Shown here: piece by piece, positions 10,051 to 21,259 of the stretch | How the letters are laid out: every line of letters starts with the position of its first letter | Numbering within the stretch: position 1 is the first letter of the stretch | Assembly: GCA_963727445.1 (NCBI GenBank) | Contig: CAVSGI010000010.1 | Span: forward strand, 608,001-672,000 | Length of the DNA stretch: 64,000 nucleotides | Direction of reading: 5' to 3' | DNA from: an uncultured delta proteobacterium | GTDB lineage: Bacteria; Myxococcota_A; Polyangia; Polyangiales; B10-G4 | Notes under the pieces: generated by a model | The model's database searches: none | Seen by the model: only the letters and a program-made list of their open reading frames with translations | Told to the model about the DNA's origin: nothing | Program-made: the position numbers and the translations under genes

Positions 10051-11795
10051 GTGCGCACCTCGAAGAGGAGGATCGGATCGCGCCTTCCCGACAGGACCTT
10101 CTCGCCAATCTCGCCGAAGTCGGCGCCGTCGCCCACCGCCTCTCGCGTCGCCGCTGACACCAGAATCTGCATGGGGCGCGCGATGGCTTCGAGGCGCGCC
10201 GCCACGTTCACCACGTCGCCGATGGCGGTGTACTCCATCCGTCGCTCGGAGCCGACATTGCCCACGATGGCTTCACCGCTGTGCGCGCCGATGGCGAGCT
10301 GCACCGTCACCCCGTACCTCTCCTCCCAACCGGGATTGGCCGTGGAGAGCCAGTTCATCATGTCCTCGGCGCACTCGACGGCGCGGGTCGCGTGATCGTC
10401 CTGGGCGGTCGGCGCTCCCCACACCGCCATCACACAGTCGCCGACGAACTTGTCGACGGTTCCGCCGTGACGAAAGACCAGCTCGGTGAGCACGGTGAAG
10501 AGCTCGTTCAACAGCGAGACCACCTCTTCGGGCGGGAGGCGCTCGGTGAGGGGGGTGAAGGCCACCACGTCGGCGAAGAGCACGGTGATGTCGCGCCGTA
10601 CACCTCCCAGACCCATGTCCTGCTCTCGCGAAACCACCTTGTCGACGACCTCGGCCGGCAGATAACGCCCGAGATCCGATCGGATGCGCTCCTCCTCGCG
10701 GATCTTGGCTTCGCTCTCTTCGAGGTCCCGCGCCGCGCCGCTCATCGCATCCGCCAGCAGCTCCAGCTCGTCCGCTGTCTTCACCTCCACGCGGCGGTCG
10801 AAGCGCCGGTTCGCGAGGTCGCCGGCGAAGCGCGCGAGCGCGGCGATGGGCGCGGTGATCCGCCCCGCGATGAAGAGCGCCGCCAGGAGCGCCAGGAACG
10901 CAGCCACCGCCACGGTCACGCCGACGATGCGCCGCATCTCCGTGAGCGACGCGTACGCGACGTCGCGCGGCACCTCGACCACGACCGCCCAGGGGCGGGC
11001 GTCCAGCCCCACCACCGTGCCGACAATCTCGCGACCGTCGATCGCGACCTCGCTGTTCCGCGGCACGCCCGCGCGAAGCGTCGCCGGGTCGACATCGCGG
11101 AGGATCGGGCGGTCTCTGAAGGAGGCGAGTTCGTGCGCGAGCTCGGCGTTCGGATGGGCGATCACGCGGAGGGTGTCGTCCACCACGTAGAGGTTGCCTT
11201 GCATGGTGGCGAGCTGCGCCTCGTGGATCCGTTCGACCCGATCCTGGACACCGACCAGCCTCGTCATGGCGTAGACGAAGCCCGTGGGCGTGCCATGTGC
11301 GAGGATCGGCACCGTGACCGGGAGGCGTGGCTCCCCTCCGTCGGCCACCACGGACCCGAGGGCGATGCCGTCGCGCATGGCTTCGTCCCGCAGCCCGGCG
11401 GGCAGGCGCTCGGGGAGCTCCACCCCTTCTGCGGATTCCGTCCGCGCGACGTCGATGAGCTTGCCGGTGGCATCGAAGATGGCCACGTGATCGACGCTTG
11501 GATCGCGGCCCACCAGGGCCAGGGGTACCGAGAGGCGCGTCTCGGCGGAGATGTCCTGGTCGGACAGGATGCGCGCGAGCAGCTCGAGGCTGGCCTCGGT
11601 GCGGCCAATCTCTTCCTCGATGGTGCGGCTCAAATCGTCGGCGACCGCGATCTGGAGCGCTCGGCTCTCGCGCTCGACCGTCCGCTCGTTCACGTCGATG
11701 AGGCCGAGCCCCACCAGAGCCGTCGGCACCACGGCGGCCGCCCCCGCGAGCGCGAGTAGCTTGAGCCGGAAGGGGAATCGAGGCTGCGACGCCAT
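10047..11795 (-). CDS. Membrane class III adenylate cyclase (TM-dCache-like-TM-HAMP-cyclase)
   Basis: LFADVVAFT, VDKFVGDCVM (Lys, ATP-specifying) and YTAIGDVVNVAARLE motifs; HAMP ITAPIAAL...DELELLA; two TM helices. Confidence 0.9.
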   Translation of the reverse strand: MASQPRFPFRLKLLALAGAAAVVPTALVGLGLIDVNERTVERESRALQIAVADDLSRTIEEEIGRTEASLELLARILSDQDISAETRLSVPLALVGRDPSVDHVAIFDATGKLIDVARTESAEGVELPERLPAGLRDEAMRDGIALGSVVADGGEPRLPVTVPILAHGTPTGFVYAMTRLVGVQDRVERIHEAQLATMQGNLYVVDDTLRVIAHPNAELAHELASFRDRPILRDVDPATLRAGVPRNSEVAIDGREIVGTVVGLDARPWAVVVEVPRDVAYASLTEMRRIVGVTVAVAAFLALLAALFIAGRITAPIAALARFAGDLANRRFDRRVEVKTADELELLADAMSGAARDLEESEAKIREEERIRSDLGRYLPAEVVDKVVSREQDMGLGGVRRDITVLFADVVAFTPLTERLPPEEVVSLLNELFTVLTELVFRHGGTVDKFVGDCVMAVWGAPTAQDDHATRAVECAEDMMNWLSTANPGWEERYGVTVQLAIGAHSGEAIVGNVGSERRMEYTAIGDVVNVAARLEAIARPMQILVSAATREAVGDGADFGEIGEKVLSGRRDPILLFEVRT

Positions 11796-11802
11796 CGCCG
11801 AC

Positions 11803-12987
11803 TCAGAGGTTAGTCCATACCGTTCCCGGCCCCGAGATCCATCCCTTGGTCCCGATGAAGACCCGCCCCTGCCGGTCCACGATCGGAGGGCCGAAGAACA
11901 ACAGGACGTGATCCTGGTCGACGTCCCGTTCGAGGGGCGCGACCTGAACCCCCGCCGGCCGGCGCTGCCGCTCGACCCGGGCGAGCCACAGCTCGCCAGT
12001 CGAACCATCCGTGTCGACCCGAGCGAAGGTGACGAGCGCCCCCAGCTCATCGAAGCCGACCATGGGCCTCAGGGCGAGCCCGTCGGCAAAGGGAGCGACG
12101 CTCGTGCGACGGATGCCGTTTCGGTCGACGAGCAGGTGCAGGAAGCTGATGTTGTCGTGGTGCTCGGCCACCACGTGTAGCTCCCCGTTCGGCGTGAACA
12201 CCGCGCTCGCCCGGCGGCGGATCGTGAAGTCCTCGAAAGCGTGAAGCTCCCGCGTCGGCCCGTCGGTCGACGAGAGGAAGAGCTTCGAGCGCACCGGGTC
12301 GGTCCAGGCGAAGCGCGTCCGTTCGCCGCCGACCTCGAAGGCGAGGACCTGTCCCACCTCCTCGTCGCCGAGGCTCAGGCTCTCGAAACCGTCCCCGCTC
12401 CGGCGCAGGAGCGTGGGCGCGTCGTGGCCCCGGCGGTACGCGAAGACGACTTCGCCGCCGCCGTCGACGATCAGCCAGCCAATCGACGAGGCGTGCTCGA
12501 GCTCGCGCGGCTCGCGGTGGACGACCTCGCTGAGCCACTGACCCTCGGCGCGAAAGGCGTGCACCAGCTGCGCCTCGTGGCTCTCGGTGTCGACCTCGCC
12601 GACGACGCGGAGGTACATCAGGTGCGGCTCGCCCGTGCCGTCGAAGACGAAGCGCAAGAAGGAGCCGCCCATCGGCCGAGGGAGGTCGAGGTGCGCTGTC
12701 TCCATCCCCTCCGCCGTGAGCCGGGACAGAAGGACCGTCCCCTCGTCGCTCGAATCGAAGGTGGCGAGCCAGACGTCGTCGGTCGCCGGGTCGAGAGCCA
12801 GCTGATGATCGCCCCACGAGCCCCGGGGCGCGGGCACGCCGTGGAACGTCGGGGGCCAGGGCACCTCCGGCAGGCGCACCACCTCGGGGCGGGGCGGCGG
12901 CGCTTCGGGGATGGGGGCGGACTCGTCCTCGTCGCACGCATCGCAGCCGCCGAGCACGCACAGCACGACGAGGAGCCACGGCTTCAT
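11803..12987 (-). CDS. Hypothetical lipoprotein (beta-propeller-like)
   Basis: MKPWLLVVLCVLGGC lipobox; repeated LALDP/FDGTGEPHL/FTPNGELHV strands; stop 7 nt upstream of the cyclase start. Confidence 0.6.
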   Translation of the reverse strand: MKPWLLVVLCVLGGCDACDEDESAPIPEAPPPRPEVVRLPEVPWPPTFHGVPAPRGSWGDHQLALDPATDDVWLATFDSSDEGTVLLSRLTAEGMETAHLDLPRPMGGSFLRFVFDGTGEPHLMYLRVVGEVDTESHEAQLVHAFRAEGQWLSEVVHREPRELEHASSIGWLIVDGGGEVVFAYRRGHDAPTLLRRSGDGFESLSLGDEEVGQVLAFEVGGERTRFAWTDPVRSKLFLSSTDGPTRELHAFEDFTIRRRASAVFTPNGELHVVAEHHDNISFLHLLVDRNGIRRTSVAPFADGLALRPMVGFDELGALVTFARVDTDGSTGELWLARVERQRRPAGVQVAPLERDVDQDHVLLFFGPPIVDRQGRVFIGTKGWISGPGTVWTNL

Positions 12988-12994
12988 CGCCGGG

Positions 12995-13004
12995 ATGGTA
13001 TCGT
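12995..13004. promoter_or_regulatory. Overlapping divergent -10-like boxes (TACCAT on minus, TATCGT on plus)
   Basis: Both lie in the 28-bp gap between the divergent starts at 12987 and 13016. Confidence 0.4.
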
Positions 13005-13015
13005 CTCGGGGTCTC

Positions 13016-14326
<1,311 letters not shown>

Positions 14327-14329
14327 CCG

Positions 14330-16348
14330 TCACTCGGGGATGAGCTCGCGGGCAGCGGGGCACGCGACCTCGACGCCCGTCGGCGCTCCGTCCTGGCGCA
14401 GGATCTTGAACTCCACGCGCCGGTTGCGCTCCCAGGCATTGGCGTTGTGTCGCGGGTCCACGGGGCAGCGCTCGCCGTAGCCCGCGCTTCGAAGGCGGTC
14501 CCGCTGCACGCCGCGCTGCAACAGCCCTTCGAGCACCGCCGCGGCGCGGTCGCGCGTGAGGCGGATGTTGTACTCGTCGCTCGATCGCTCGTCGGCGTGC
14601 CCCTGGATCTCGACCAGCTCGATCTGGGGATTGCCGTTCATCGCGGCCGCCACCGCGTCGAGGATGGGGTAGCTGTCCTCGAGGATCCGCGCGCTGTCGG
14701 TCTCGAACATGATCTTGCGGAAGGTCGCGATGACGCCGCCTTCGATCACCGCCTCGCCGCGATCCGGACAGCCGTCCTCGTCCCGGTAGGCGTTGTACAT
14801 CTCGGGGTCGTTCGGGCACTCGTCGTCCACGTCGAGAATGCGGTCCTGGTCGTTGTCGGGGTCGGGGCAGCCGTCGGCGTCCTCGAAGTCGTCGCGATCC
14901 TCCGGGTCGTTCGGACAGAGATCGTCGGTGTCGAGGATGCCGTCCTGATCGTTGTCGGGATCGGGGCAGCCGTCCTGGTCCTGAAAGCCGTCGCGGTCCT
15001 CCGGGTCGTCGGGGCACTGGTCGACCTCGTCGAGGATGCCGTCGCCGTCGCGGTCGCCTTCGCTGCCTTCGGGGCAACCGTCTTCGTCGGCGTCGCCATC
15101 GCGATCCTCGGGGACCATCGGACATTCGTCGTCGACGTCGAGGATCCCGTCGCGGTCGTTGTCCGGATCGGGGCAGCCGTCCTCGTCGGCGAAGTTGTCG
15201 AAGTCCTCCGGTTCGTCCGGACACTGATCGAAGTCGTCCTTGAGGCCGTCACCGTCGCGGTCGCCGATGGAGGGCTCGAAGATGAAGCCGAGCATCGCGC
15301 GCGCGTCCGCCGTCTGGAAGCCGCCCGAATCACTGGCCACGTTGGGGATGCCCACCCCACCGCCGATCATCAGGTAGCTGTTGCGCTCGACGAAGATCTT
15401 GAGGCCGAGGATCGCTTCGAGGTTGAAGCCCTCGGCGGTGAAAGACGACACCGATTGCGTGCCGTAGGCCTCGACGCCGATCTCCACCGGATCGGCCACC
15501 CGGAAGGCCGCGCCCGCTCCGAAGGTGAGGAGATGGCCATATTGCGTGGGCGAGCCCGGCTGGGCGGGATCGATCATCGCGCCGAGCGCGTTCATCCCCA
15601 TGCCGTCACCGGTGGGGACGGTGCGCGCGCCCACCGGCAGCGTCGCCGGGTCGCCGAAGCTCATTCGATAGCCGACGTTCATCGCCAGGCGAACGCTGCG
15701 TGTGGGCCTCGCCTCCAGGGCGAGGATCGGCCAGAGCGCGAAGCCGTCACCCGCGAACTCCGAGGGGCTCCCCGTGGGCAACTCCACCAACACCAACCCC
15801 GCGACGCCAACCGGTGCGCGCTCTACGCGCGTGAAGCGAACCTTGCCGTGGATGGTGATGTCGCCGAAGCCCTGGTAGTCGAGGCCGCCCGATTCGCCCA
15901 GGCCATATCCGGTGCTCGCACCCGTGGCTGGCAGCGTGGTGTTCGGACCGCTCACCACCTGGACGGGAACCTGCACGCCCACCACCGCCAGGTTGAACAG
16001 GCCGATGTTGGCTTGAAGCGTTCCGGTGAAGAAGGTGTCGACCAGATGACCGGCGCGCTGCTCGTTCCCCGCCGCCACCGACGCGTCGTTGACGAAGGTC
16101 TGCGCCGGCATGAGCCCGAAGCCGGCGTCGAGCACCAGGCCGAAGCTGAAGTCGAGATGGCCGAGAAGATCGGTCCCGTTGACGGTGAAGATCCCCTTGC
16201 TGTCGATCGCTGGCCGGTACAGGTGCAGGTCCATGCCGCGGCCACCACCGAGGTGCGCGCCGGTGGTCTGGGCGTGAGCCGTCCCCACGAACAGGAGCGA
16301 CAGGGCGAAGAGGATCGGCGGGGCGAGGCGCGGGAGCGTTTTGGCCAT
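14330..16348 (-). CDS. OmpA-family outer membrane protein: beta-barrel + thrombospondin type-3 repeats + OmpA C-terminal domain
   Basis: Signal peptide; multiple DxDxDGIxDxxDxCP repeats; IQGHAD, RDRAAAV, GYGE and NRRVEF motifs. Confidence 0.9.
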   Translation of the reverse strand: MAKTLPRLAPPILFALSLLFVGTAHAQTTGAHLGGGRGMDLHLYRPAIDSKGIFTVNGTDLLGHLDFSFGLVLDAGFGLMPAQTFVNDASVAAGNEQRAGHLVDTFFTGTLQANIGLFNLAVVGVQVPVQVVSGPNTTLPATGASTGYGLGESGGLDYQGFGDITIHGKVRFTRVERAPVGVAGLVLVELPTGSPSEFAGDGFALWPILALEARPTRSVRLAMNVGYRMSFGDPATLPVGARTVPTGDGMGMNALGAMIDPAQPGSPTQYGHLLTFGAGAAFRVADPVEIGVEAYGTQSVSSFTAEGFNLEAILGLKIFVERNSYLMIGGGVGIPNVASDSGGFQTADARAMLGFIFEPSIGDRDGDGLKDDFDQCPDEPEDFDNFADEDGCPDPDNDRDGILDVDDECPMVPEDRDGDADEDGCPEGSEGDRDGDGILDEVDQCPDDPEDRDGFQDQDGCPDPDNDQDGILDTDDLCPNDPEDRDDFEDADGCPDPDNDQDRILDVDDECPNDPEMYNAYRDEDGCPDRGEAVIEGGVIATFRKIMFETDSARILEDSYPILDAVAAAMNGNPQIELVEIQGHADERSSDEYNIRLTRDRAAAVLEGLLQRGVQRDRLRSAGYGERCPVDPRHNANAWERNRRVEFKILRQDGAPTGVEVACPAARELIPE

Positions 16349-16482
16349 GCGCCGGATAGAGCAAGGCCCGTGCCTCCAAATTACCGCGATCGCGTGGGTT
16401 TTCGGGAAAGTCGGCCTGTCGGCCCGATCCGACATTTGCAGACTTCAGACGACAATTGGAGGTGCGCGGGTATCCTCCGCGC

Positions 16483-18096
16483 ATGGCCGACGTAGCCACT
16501 GTCGCCGAGCTCTTCGCCGACAAGTATCAGGTCGTCGAAAAGCTGGACTGGAACGGGCTCGCCCTCGTCTACAAGGCCGTCCGCGAAGGTGGCGCGCCCC
16601 TCGCGGTCGCGATGCTCCCCATCGACACCGAGAGCTCGCCCGAAGCGGTCGCGACGTTCAAGGCCAAGGCGTCGGAGCTTCAGCTCCTCGTCGAGCCCGG
16701 CATCGTGCGCGTCACCGGTCACGGCATTCAGCATGGCGTGCCTTATCTCGAGCTCGAGTTCGAGGACGCGACCACCCTCGCCGACGAGCTCCTGGACGGC
16801 CCGCTCGATCGGGATCAGGCCTTCGTGATCACCAGCGAGCTCCTCGACATCCTCGGGCGCGCGCACTCCTCGGGTCACTTCCACTGGGATCTCACGCCGA
16901 GCAACATCCTCCTCTCACCCGGCCTCGACGGGAGCGAGCACGCGAGCGTCGTCGGCTTCGGTATCCAGCAGATCATTCGCGCCGTCTTCGATCCCGAAAA
17001 GACCGGGCCCACCGGCCGCGGCTCGGGTCCCAAGGCGAAGCGCTACATCGCACCCGAGCTTCAAGACGGGCGCAACCCGGATGCCCGCGCCGATGTGTTC
17101 GGCGTCGCCGCCGTGCTGCACCACATGCTCACCGGCTCGCCGCCCGGACCCGAGAGTCCGGCGCCACCCGCCGATCTGGCCCAGGCGCTCGCGCAGGCGA
17201 TGTCCTCGGACCCCGCGGGACGACCCGCCGACGCCGCCACTTTCGGGTTCACGCTCGCCGAGGGCATGTCGGGCGGCAGCGGAGAGAAGCCCTCCTTCGC
17301 GCCGCCGCCATCCTCGATGCCGTTTGCTTCACCGCCCGTGCCCGCAGCACCAGCCATACCTGCGGCGCCGCCTGCGCCTGCGCCTCCGCCCGAGCCCGAG
17401 CCCATCGCCGAAGCTGCCGCGCCCGCCCCCGAGCCCATCGCCCCCGACGTCGCACCCGAGCCCCCCACGCCCGCGCTCGAAGCGCCCGCCGGCTTCCCGC
17501 CCCCCGCAGAAGAGCACGCCGGCTTCCCGGCACCCCCGTCGGAATCGGACGCCCTACCCTCGGTCACGTCGGAACCGGAGTATTCGAGCGACGCGACGGT
17601 GGTGGACGCGCGAGCGCTCAGCGAGGACGACTTCCTCCCCGCGACCACTGCGCCGCCGATCGAAGCGGCCGACTACGAGTCCCTCGGCCCCCCGATGAGC
17701 GAGGCCGCCGAGGAGGCGTCCCACGAGCTCGACGCGCTGCTCGGAGGCCCGGGCTCCGGCACCGCCGCTGACCTCGGACCACCCCCGGCATCCGCGGCAC
17801 GACCCGCAGCGCCGCCGGCCCCGGGGCCCGAAGCCGACCCCGACGTGGTCATGAGCCCGACGCCGCCCCCCGGACCCGCGCGGCCCAAGCCCCGCGATCC
17901 CTTCGCGTCCGCGCCCCCGCCGGCGGACCCCTTCGCCCCCTCGCAGCACCCGGGACCGATCGCCAAGGATCCCTTCGCAGCTGAGGAATTCGCCGAAGCG
18001 GAGAAGAAGAAGGGCAGCATGATCGCGGCGATCATCATGCTGACGATCGCCATCGGCCTGGTCGTCGCTTTCTTCATGATCAAGAGCGTCGGCTGA
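16483..18096 (+). CDS. Membrane-anchored Ser/Thr kinase-like protein, probable pseudokinase
   Basis: Kinase fold with YIAPE and ADVFG, but AVAML (no Lys), HWDLTPSN and VGFG (no DFG Asp); Pro-rich linker; C-terminal TM. Confidence 0.75.
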   Translation: MADVATVAELFADKYQVVEKLDWNGLALVYKAVREGGAPLAVAMLPIDTESSPEAVATFKAKASELQLLVEPGIVRVTGHGIQHGVPYLELEFEDATTLADELLDGPLDRDQAFVITSELLDILGRAHSSGHFHWDLTPSNILLSPGLDGSEHASVVGFGIQQIIRAVFDPEKTGPTGRGSGPKAKRYIAPELQDGRNPDARADVFGVAAVLHHMLTGSPPGPESPAPPADLAQALAQAMSSDPAGRPADAATFGFTLAEGMSGGSGEKPSFAPPPSSMPFASPPVPAAPAIPAAPPAPAPPPEPEPIAEAAAPAPEPIAPDVAPEPPTPALEAPAGFPPPAEEHAGFPAPPSESDALPSVTSEPEYSSDATVVDARALSEDDFLPATTAPPIEAADYESLGPPMSEAAEEASHELDALLGGPGSGTAADLGPPPASAARPAAPPAPGPEADPDVVMSPTPPPGPARPKPRDPFASAPPPADPFAPSQHPGPIAKDPFAAEEFAEAEKKKGSMIAAIIMLTIAIGLVVAFFMIKSVG

Positions 18097-18130
18097 CGGC
18101 CGGCTCCCGTTTCGGTACGCTCTCGGCCCC

Positions 18131-19369
18131 ATGGGATCGAAGAAGGTGGTGGCCATCTGTGGCGGCGCAGTCGCGGGCTCGGAAGCAGCGCGCGTGTGCG
18201 TCGAATCGGGAGCGATCGCTCTCGTCTTCGAACAGAACGTTCGACCTTACGGAAAGATCGAGGACGGCCTGCCGCGCTGGCACGACAAGCTCCGCGCCAA
18301 GGAGTACAAGGCCATCGACGAGAACCTGTCGCGCGAAGGGGTGCATTTCATTCCGCACACGCGTCTCGGAGAGGACATCACCTTCGGCGAGTGGGCCGAC
18401 GAGCTCTCCGCCGTCATGCTCGCGTGCGGCGCATGGGCCGACCGAAGGCTCCCCGTTCCGGACGCCGATCGCTTCGTCGGTCGCGGCCTCCTCTACCAGA
18501 ATCCATTCGTCTACTGGTTCAATCACTATCTCGAGGACGACTACGATGGGCCGCGCTACGAGGTCCCCGACGGCGCGATCGTCGTCGGTGGTGGTCTCGC
18601 TTCGATCGACGTGGCCAAGATCCTGAACTTCGAGCTCTACGGACGTGCATTGCGCGAGCGCGGTGTCGATGTGGACGCGGTGCGCCTCGAGCACGAAGGC
18701 ATCACGGGCGTCGCCGAAAAGGCGGGCATCGACGTCGCGGAGCTCGGGGTGAAGGGGTGCACCCTCTACTACCGGCGCCGCAAGCAGGACATGCCGCTGA
18801 CCCCGGCGACGCCGAAGAACGAAGCCATGCGCGCCAAGATCGAAGGTGCGCGCCTGAAGATCGTCGACAAGCTCGAGCGCAAGTACCTGGTCCGCGTGCA
18901 GGACTGCGCGTCGCCGAAGTCGATCATCGAAGAGGATGGCCGCATGGTGGGCATGCTCTTCCAGCGGACCGAGATGAAGGACGGGAAGCTGTCGCCGGTC
19001 GAGGGCGAGGTGCTCGAGGTCCGCACCGATCTGACGGTGAGCTCCATCGGAAGCGTCCCCGAGCAGATCGTCGGGGTCCCCCACAAGGGCGAGCTCTTCG
19101 ACTACGCCGACTGGAACAGCGGAGCGCTGACCGGCCTCGAACGCGCGTTCGGCCTGGGCAATGCGCTGACCGGGCGCGGCAACATCAAGGACAGCCGAAA
19201 GAGCGCCAAAGCGGTGGCGAGCCAGGTGATGGAGCTGCCGCTGCCCGAGCTGAGCGAAGATCGGGTCGCCGAAGTACTGACTCGGGTGGCCGCACGGCAA
19301 AAGGCCGTTGGCTACGGAGGGGAATACGCCGCCTGGATCGCGGCGCATCCGCCCTTCGAGCTCCGCTGA
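18131..19369 (+). CDS. FAD/NAD(P)-dependent oxidoreductase (ferredoxin-NADP reductase/GltD-like)
   Basis: N-terminal Rossmann VAICGGAVAGSEAA, PYGKIEDG, second Rossmann IVVGGGLASIDVA, YYRR. Confidence 0.75.
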   Translation: MGSKKVVAICGGAVAGSEAARVCVESGAIALVFEQNVRPYGKIEDGLPRWHDKLRAKEYKAIDENLSREGVHFIPHTRLGEDITFGEWADELSAVMLACGAWADRRLPVPDADRFVGRGLLYQNPFVYWFNHYLEDDYDGPRYEVPDGAIVVGGGLASIDVAKILNFELYGRALRERGVDVDAVRLEHEGITGVAEKAGIDVAELGVKGCTLYYRRRKQDMPLTPATPKNEAMRAKIEGARLKIVDKLERKYLVRVQDCASPKSIIEEDGRMVGMLFQRTEMKDGKLSPVEGEVLEVRTDLTVSSIGSVPEQIVGVPHKGELFDYADWNSGALTGLERAFGLGNALTGRGNIKDSRKSAKAVASQVMELPLPELSEDRVAEVLTRVAARQKAVGYGGEYAAWIAAHPPFELR

Positions 19370-19422
19370 AGGCGAAAGTGGTCCAATTGGGCCCCTGAGC
19401 GCTATGCTCGGCGTGGGCATCC

Positions 19423-20829
19423 ATGTCCGATCCACCTACTGGCAACGGACGCCCCTCGCACGTGGGGGAGCACTCTTTGTACGACGACGACGACGACGAT
19501 GATTTCGCGACCGTCGTCGACGCGTCCCTCTATGCCCAGCCGAAGATCCCCGAGTACGACGTCCTCGCGACGTTCGGTCACTTCGAGATCCTCGGCCGCA
19601 TTGCCCGGGGCGGCATGGCCGAGGTCTATCTGGCCCGGGATCGCCACCCGGACGGCAGCGTCCGCCACGTCGTCGTGAAGCGGGTCCTCCCGGAGTTCGA
19701 GGACAACGAGGAGTTCCTCCAGATGTTCCTCGAAGAGGGGAAGATGGCGACCCGCCTCTACCACCCCAACGTCTGCCACGTGTACGAGATTGGGGAGATT
19801 GGGGGCGCCACCTTCATGGCGCTCGAGTGGGTCTACGGCGTCCCGCTGCGCGCAGTGATCCGCCGCTCCTCGGAGAAGGTCGGCATCCCGACCGCCATCG
19901 GCGCCAAGATCATCTCGAAGGTCGCCGCGGCCCTTCACTACGTGCACAACGCGAAGGGCGTCCACGGCAAGTCCCTCGACATCATCCACCGCGACGTGAG
20001 CCCCCACAACGTGATGATCAGCTGGGACGGCAACGTGAAGCTGCTCGACTTCGGCATCGCCAAGACCACGGCGAAGGAGAGCCAGACCGACGCCGGCGTG
20101 CTCAAGGGCAAGTACAGCTACCTCTCCCCGGAGCAGGCACGGGGCCAGCGCATCGATGCGCGCGCCGACATCTTCGCGCTGGGGATCTGCCTCTACGAGA
20201 CCCTGACCGGCAAGCCCCTCTACCACCGCGAGACGGTGCTCAACACGCTCACCGCCATCACCGACGAACCGGTTCCTTCGGCCCGGGAAGTGAACCCCGA
20301 CATCTCGACCAAGATGGACGCCATCGTGAAGAAGGCGCTGGCCAAGGAGCCAGAGGATCGCTTCGCCACCGCCGGTGAGATGCAGGAGGCCATCGACGAA
20401 GCGCTCATCTCGGAGGGCGAGTACGTCGATGCCATCCGCATCTCGAAGTTCATCGACGGTGTCTTCGACGACAACGACAAGGCGCCTCTGCCGAAGCGGG
20501 CCGAGAAGCTCACCGGCAGCTTTCAGACCGGTACGCCCTCCATCTCGAGCGGCTCCTTCGGTCCCTTCAGCGGCGCGCCGCGGGCGCCGGCGAACCAGGA
20601 CGAGATCGAGATCGACATCGATGCGCTCGAGTCGGCGCCACCCCTCGAGCCCAAGCCCACTTGGAGGCCGCCCAAAGTCGCGTTGGAGGCGGTGAACCCC
20701 GAGCTACAGCCCGAGGTGCTGGAGGTGAGCGAGCCCAAACGGTCGATGCCGCTCTGGGTCATCGGGGTGATCTTCGTGGTCGCGGGGATCATCGCGGGCG
20801 CGATCGCCGCCTATTTCGCGAGAGGCTGA
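19423..20829 (+). CDS. Ser/Thr protein kinase with C-terminal TM
   Basis: IARGGMAEVY, VVVKR, HRDVSPHN, DFGIAK and GKYSYLSPE motifs. Confidence 0.93.
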   Translation: MSDPPTGNGRPSHVGEHSLYDDDDDDDFATVVDASLYAQPKIPEYDVLATFGHFEILGRIARGGMAEVYLARDRHPDGSVRHVVVKRVLPEFEDNEEFLQMFLEEGKMATRLYHPNVCHVYEIGEIGGATFMALEWVYGVPLRAVIRRSSEKVGIPTAIGAKIISKVAAALHYVHNAKGVHGKSLDIIHRDVSPHNVMISWDGNVKLLDFGIAKTTAKESQTDAGVLKGKYSYLSPEQARGQRIDARADIFALGICLYETLTGKPLYHRETVLNTLTAITDEPVPSAREVNPDISTKMDAIVKKALAKEPEDRFATAGEMQEAIDEALISEGEYVDAIRISKFIDGVFDDNDKAPLPKRAEKLTGSFQTGTPSISSGSFGPFSGAPRAPANQDEIEIDIDALESAPPLEPKPTWRPPKVALEAVNPELQPEVLEVSEPKRSMPLWVIGVIFVVAGIIAGAIAAYFARG

Positions 20830-20830
20830 G

Positions 20831-21259
20831 CTACGCCACCACGTCGTCGTCCGGCGCGTCGCCCGAGAGGTCGCGCAGGAGCTCGGCGAGGACGCGGCTC
20901 ACGTCGCTGTGGGTGAGAATGCCGACGAGCTTTCCATGGCGGGTGACCAGGGCCGAGTCGAGGCCGGTCTCCGCCATGTGGGTGACGATGTCCGCCAGAC
21001 GGCTGTGGATGTCGACGACGTAGGGCCGGGATGCGCAGACCTTCTGCACCGTGAGGTCCGACTGTCCCGGATCGAGAGCCAGGGCATGATCGATGTGCGC
21101 CGACGAGATGATGCCGACCAGCTCCTCGTCCTTGGTCACAGGCAGATGGTGGAAGTCGTGCTCCTCCATCATGGCGCGAGCCTGGATGACGTTCTTGTCC
21201 GCGGAGATCGCGTGAGGAAAAGGCGTCATGACCGACGCGAGTGTGGGCGCCTTCTTCAT
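20831..21259 (-). CDS. CBS-domain pair protein
   Basis: VMTPFP...FHHLPV...LVGIIS and ALVTRHGKLVGILTHSD. Confidence 0.85.
   Translation of the reverse strand: MKKAPTLASVMTPFPHAISADKNVIQARAMMEEHDFHHLPVTKDEELVGIISSAHIDHALALDPGQSDLTVQKVCASRPYVVDIHSRLADIVTHMAETGLDSALVTRHGKLVGILTHSDVSRVLAELLRDLSGDAPDDDVVA

Noticed and set aside
14330..16348. TraB of the TraAB outer-membrane-exchange system
   Set aside because: Same domain layout, but no upstream traA-like gene (Cys-rich repeats, MYXO-CTERM). OmpA/TSP3 paralogs are common, with another at 28315.
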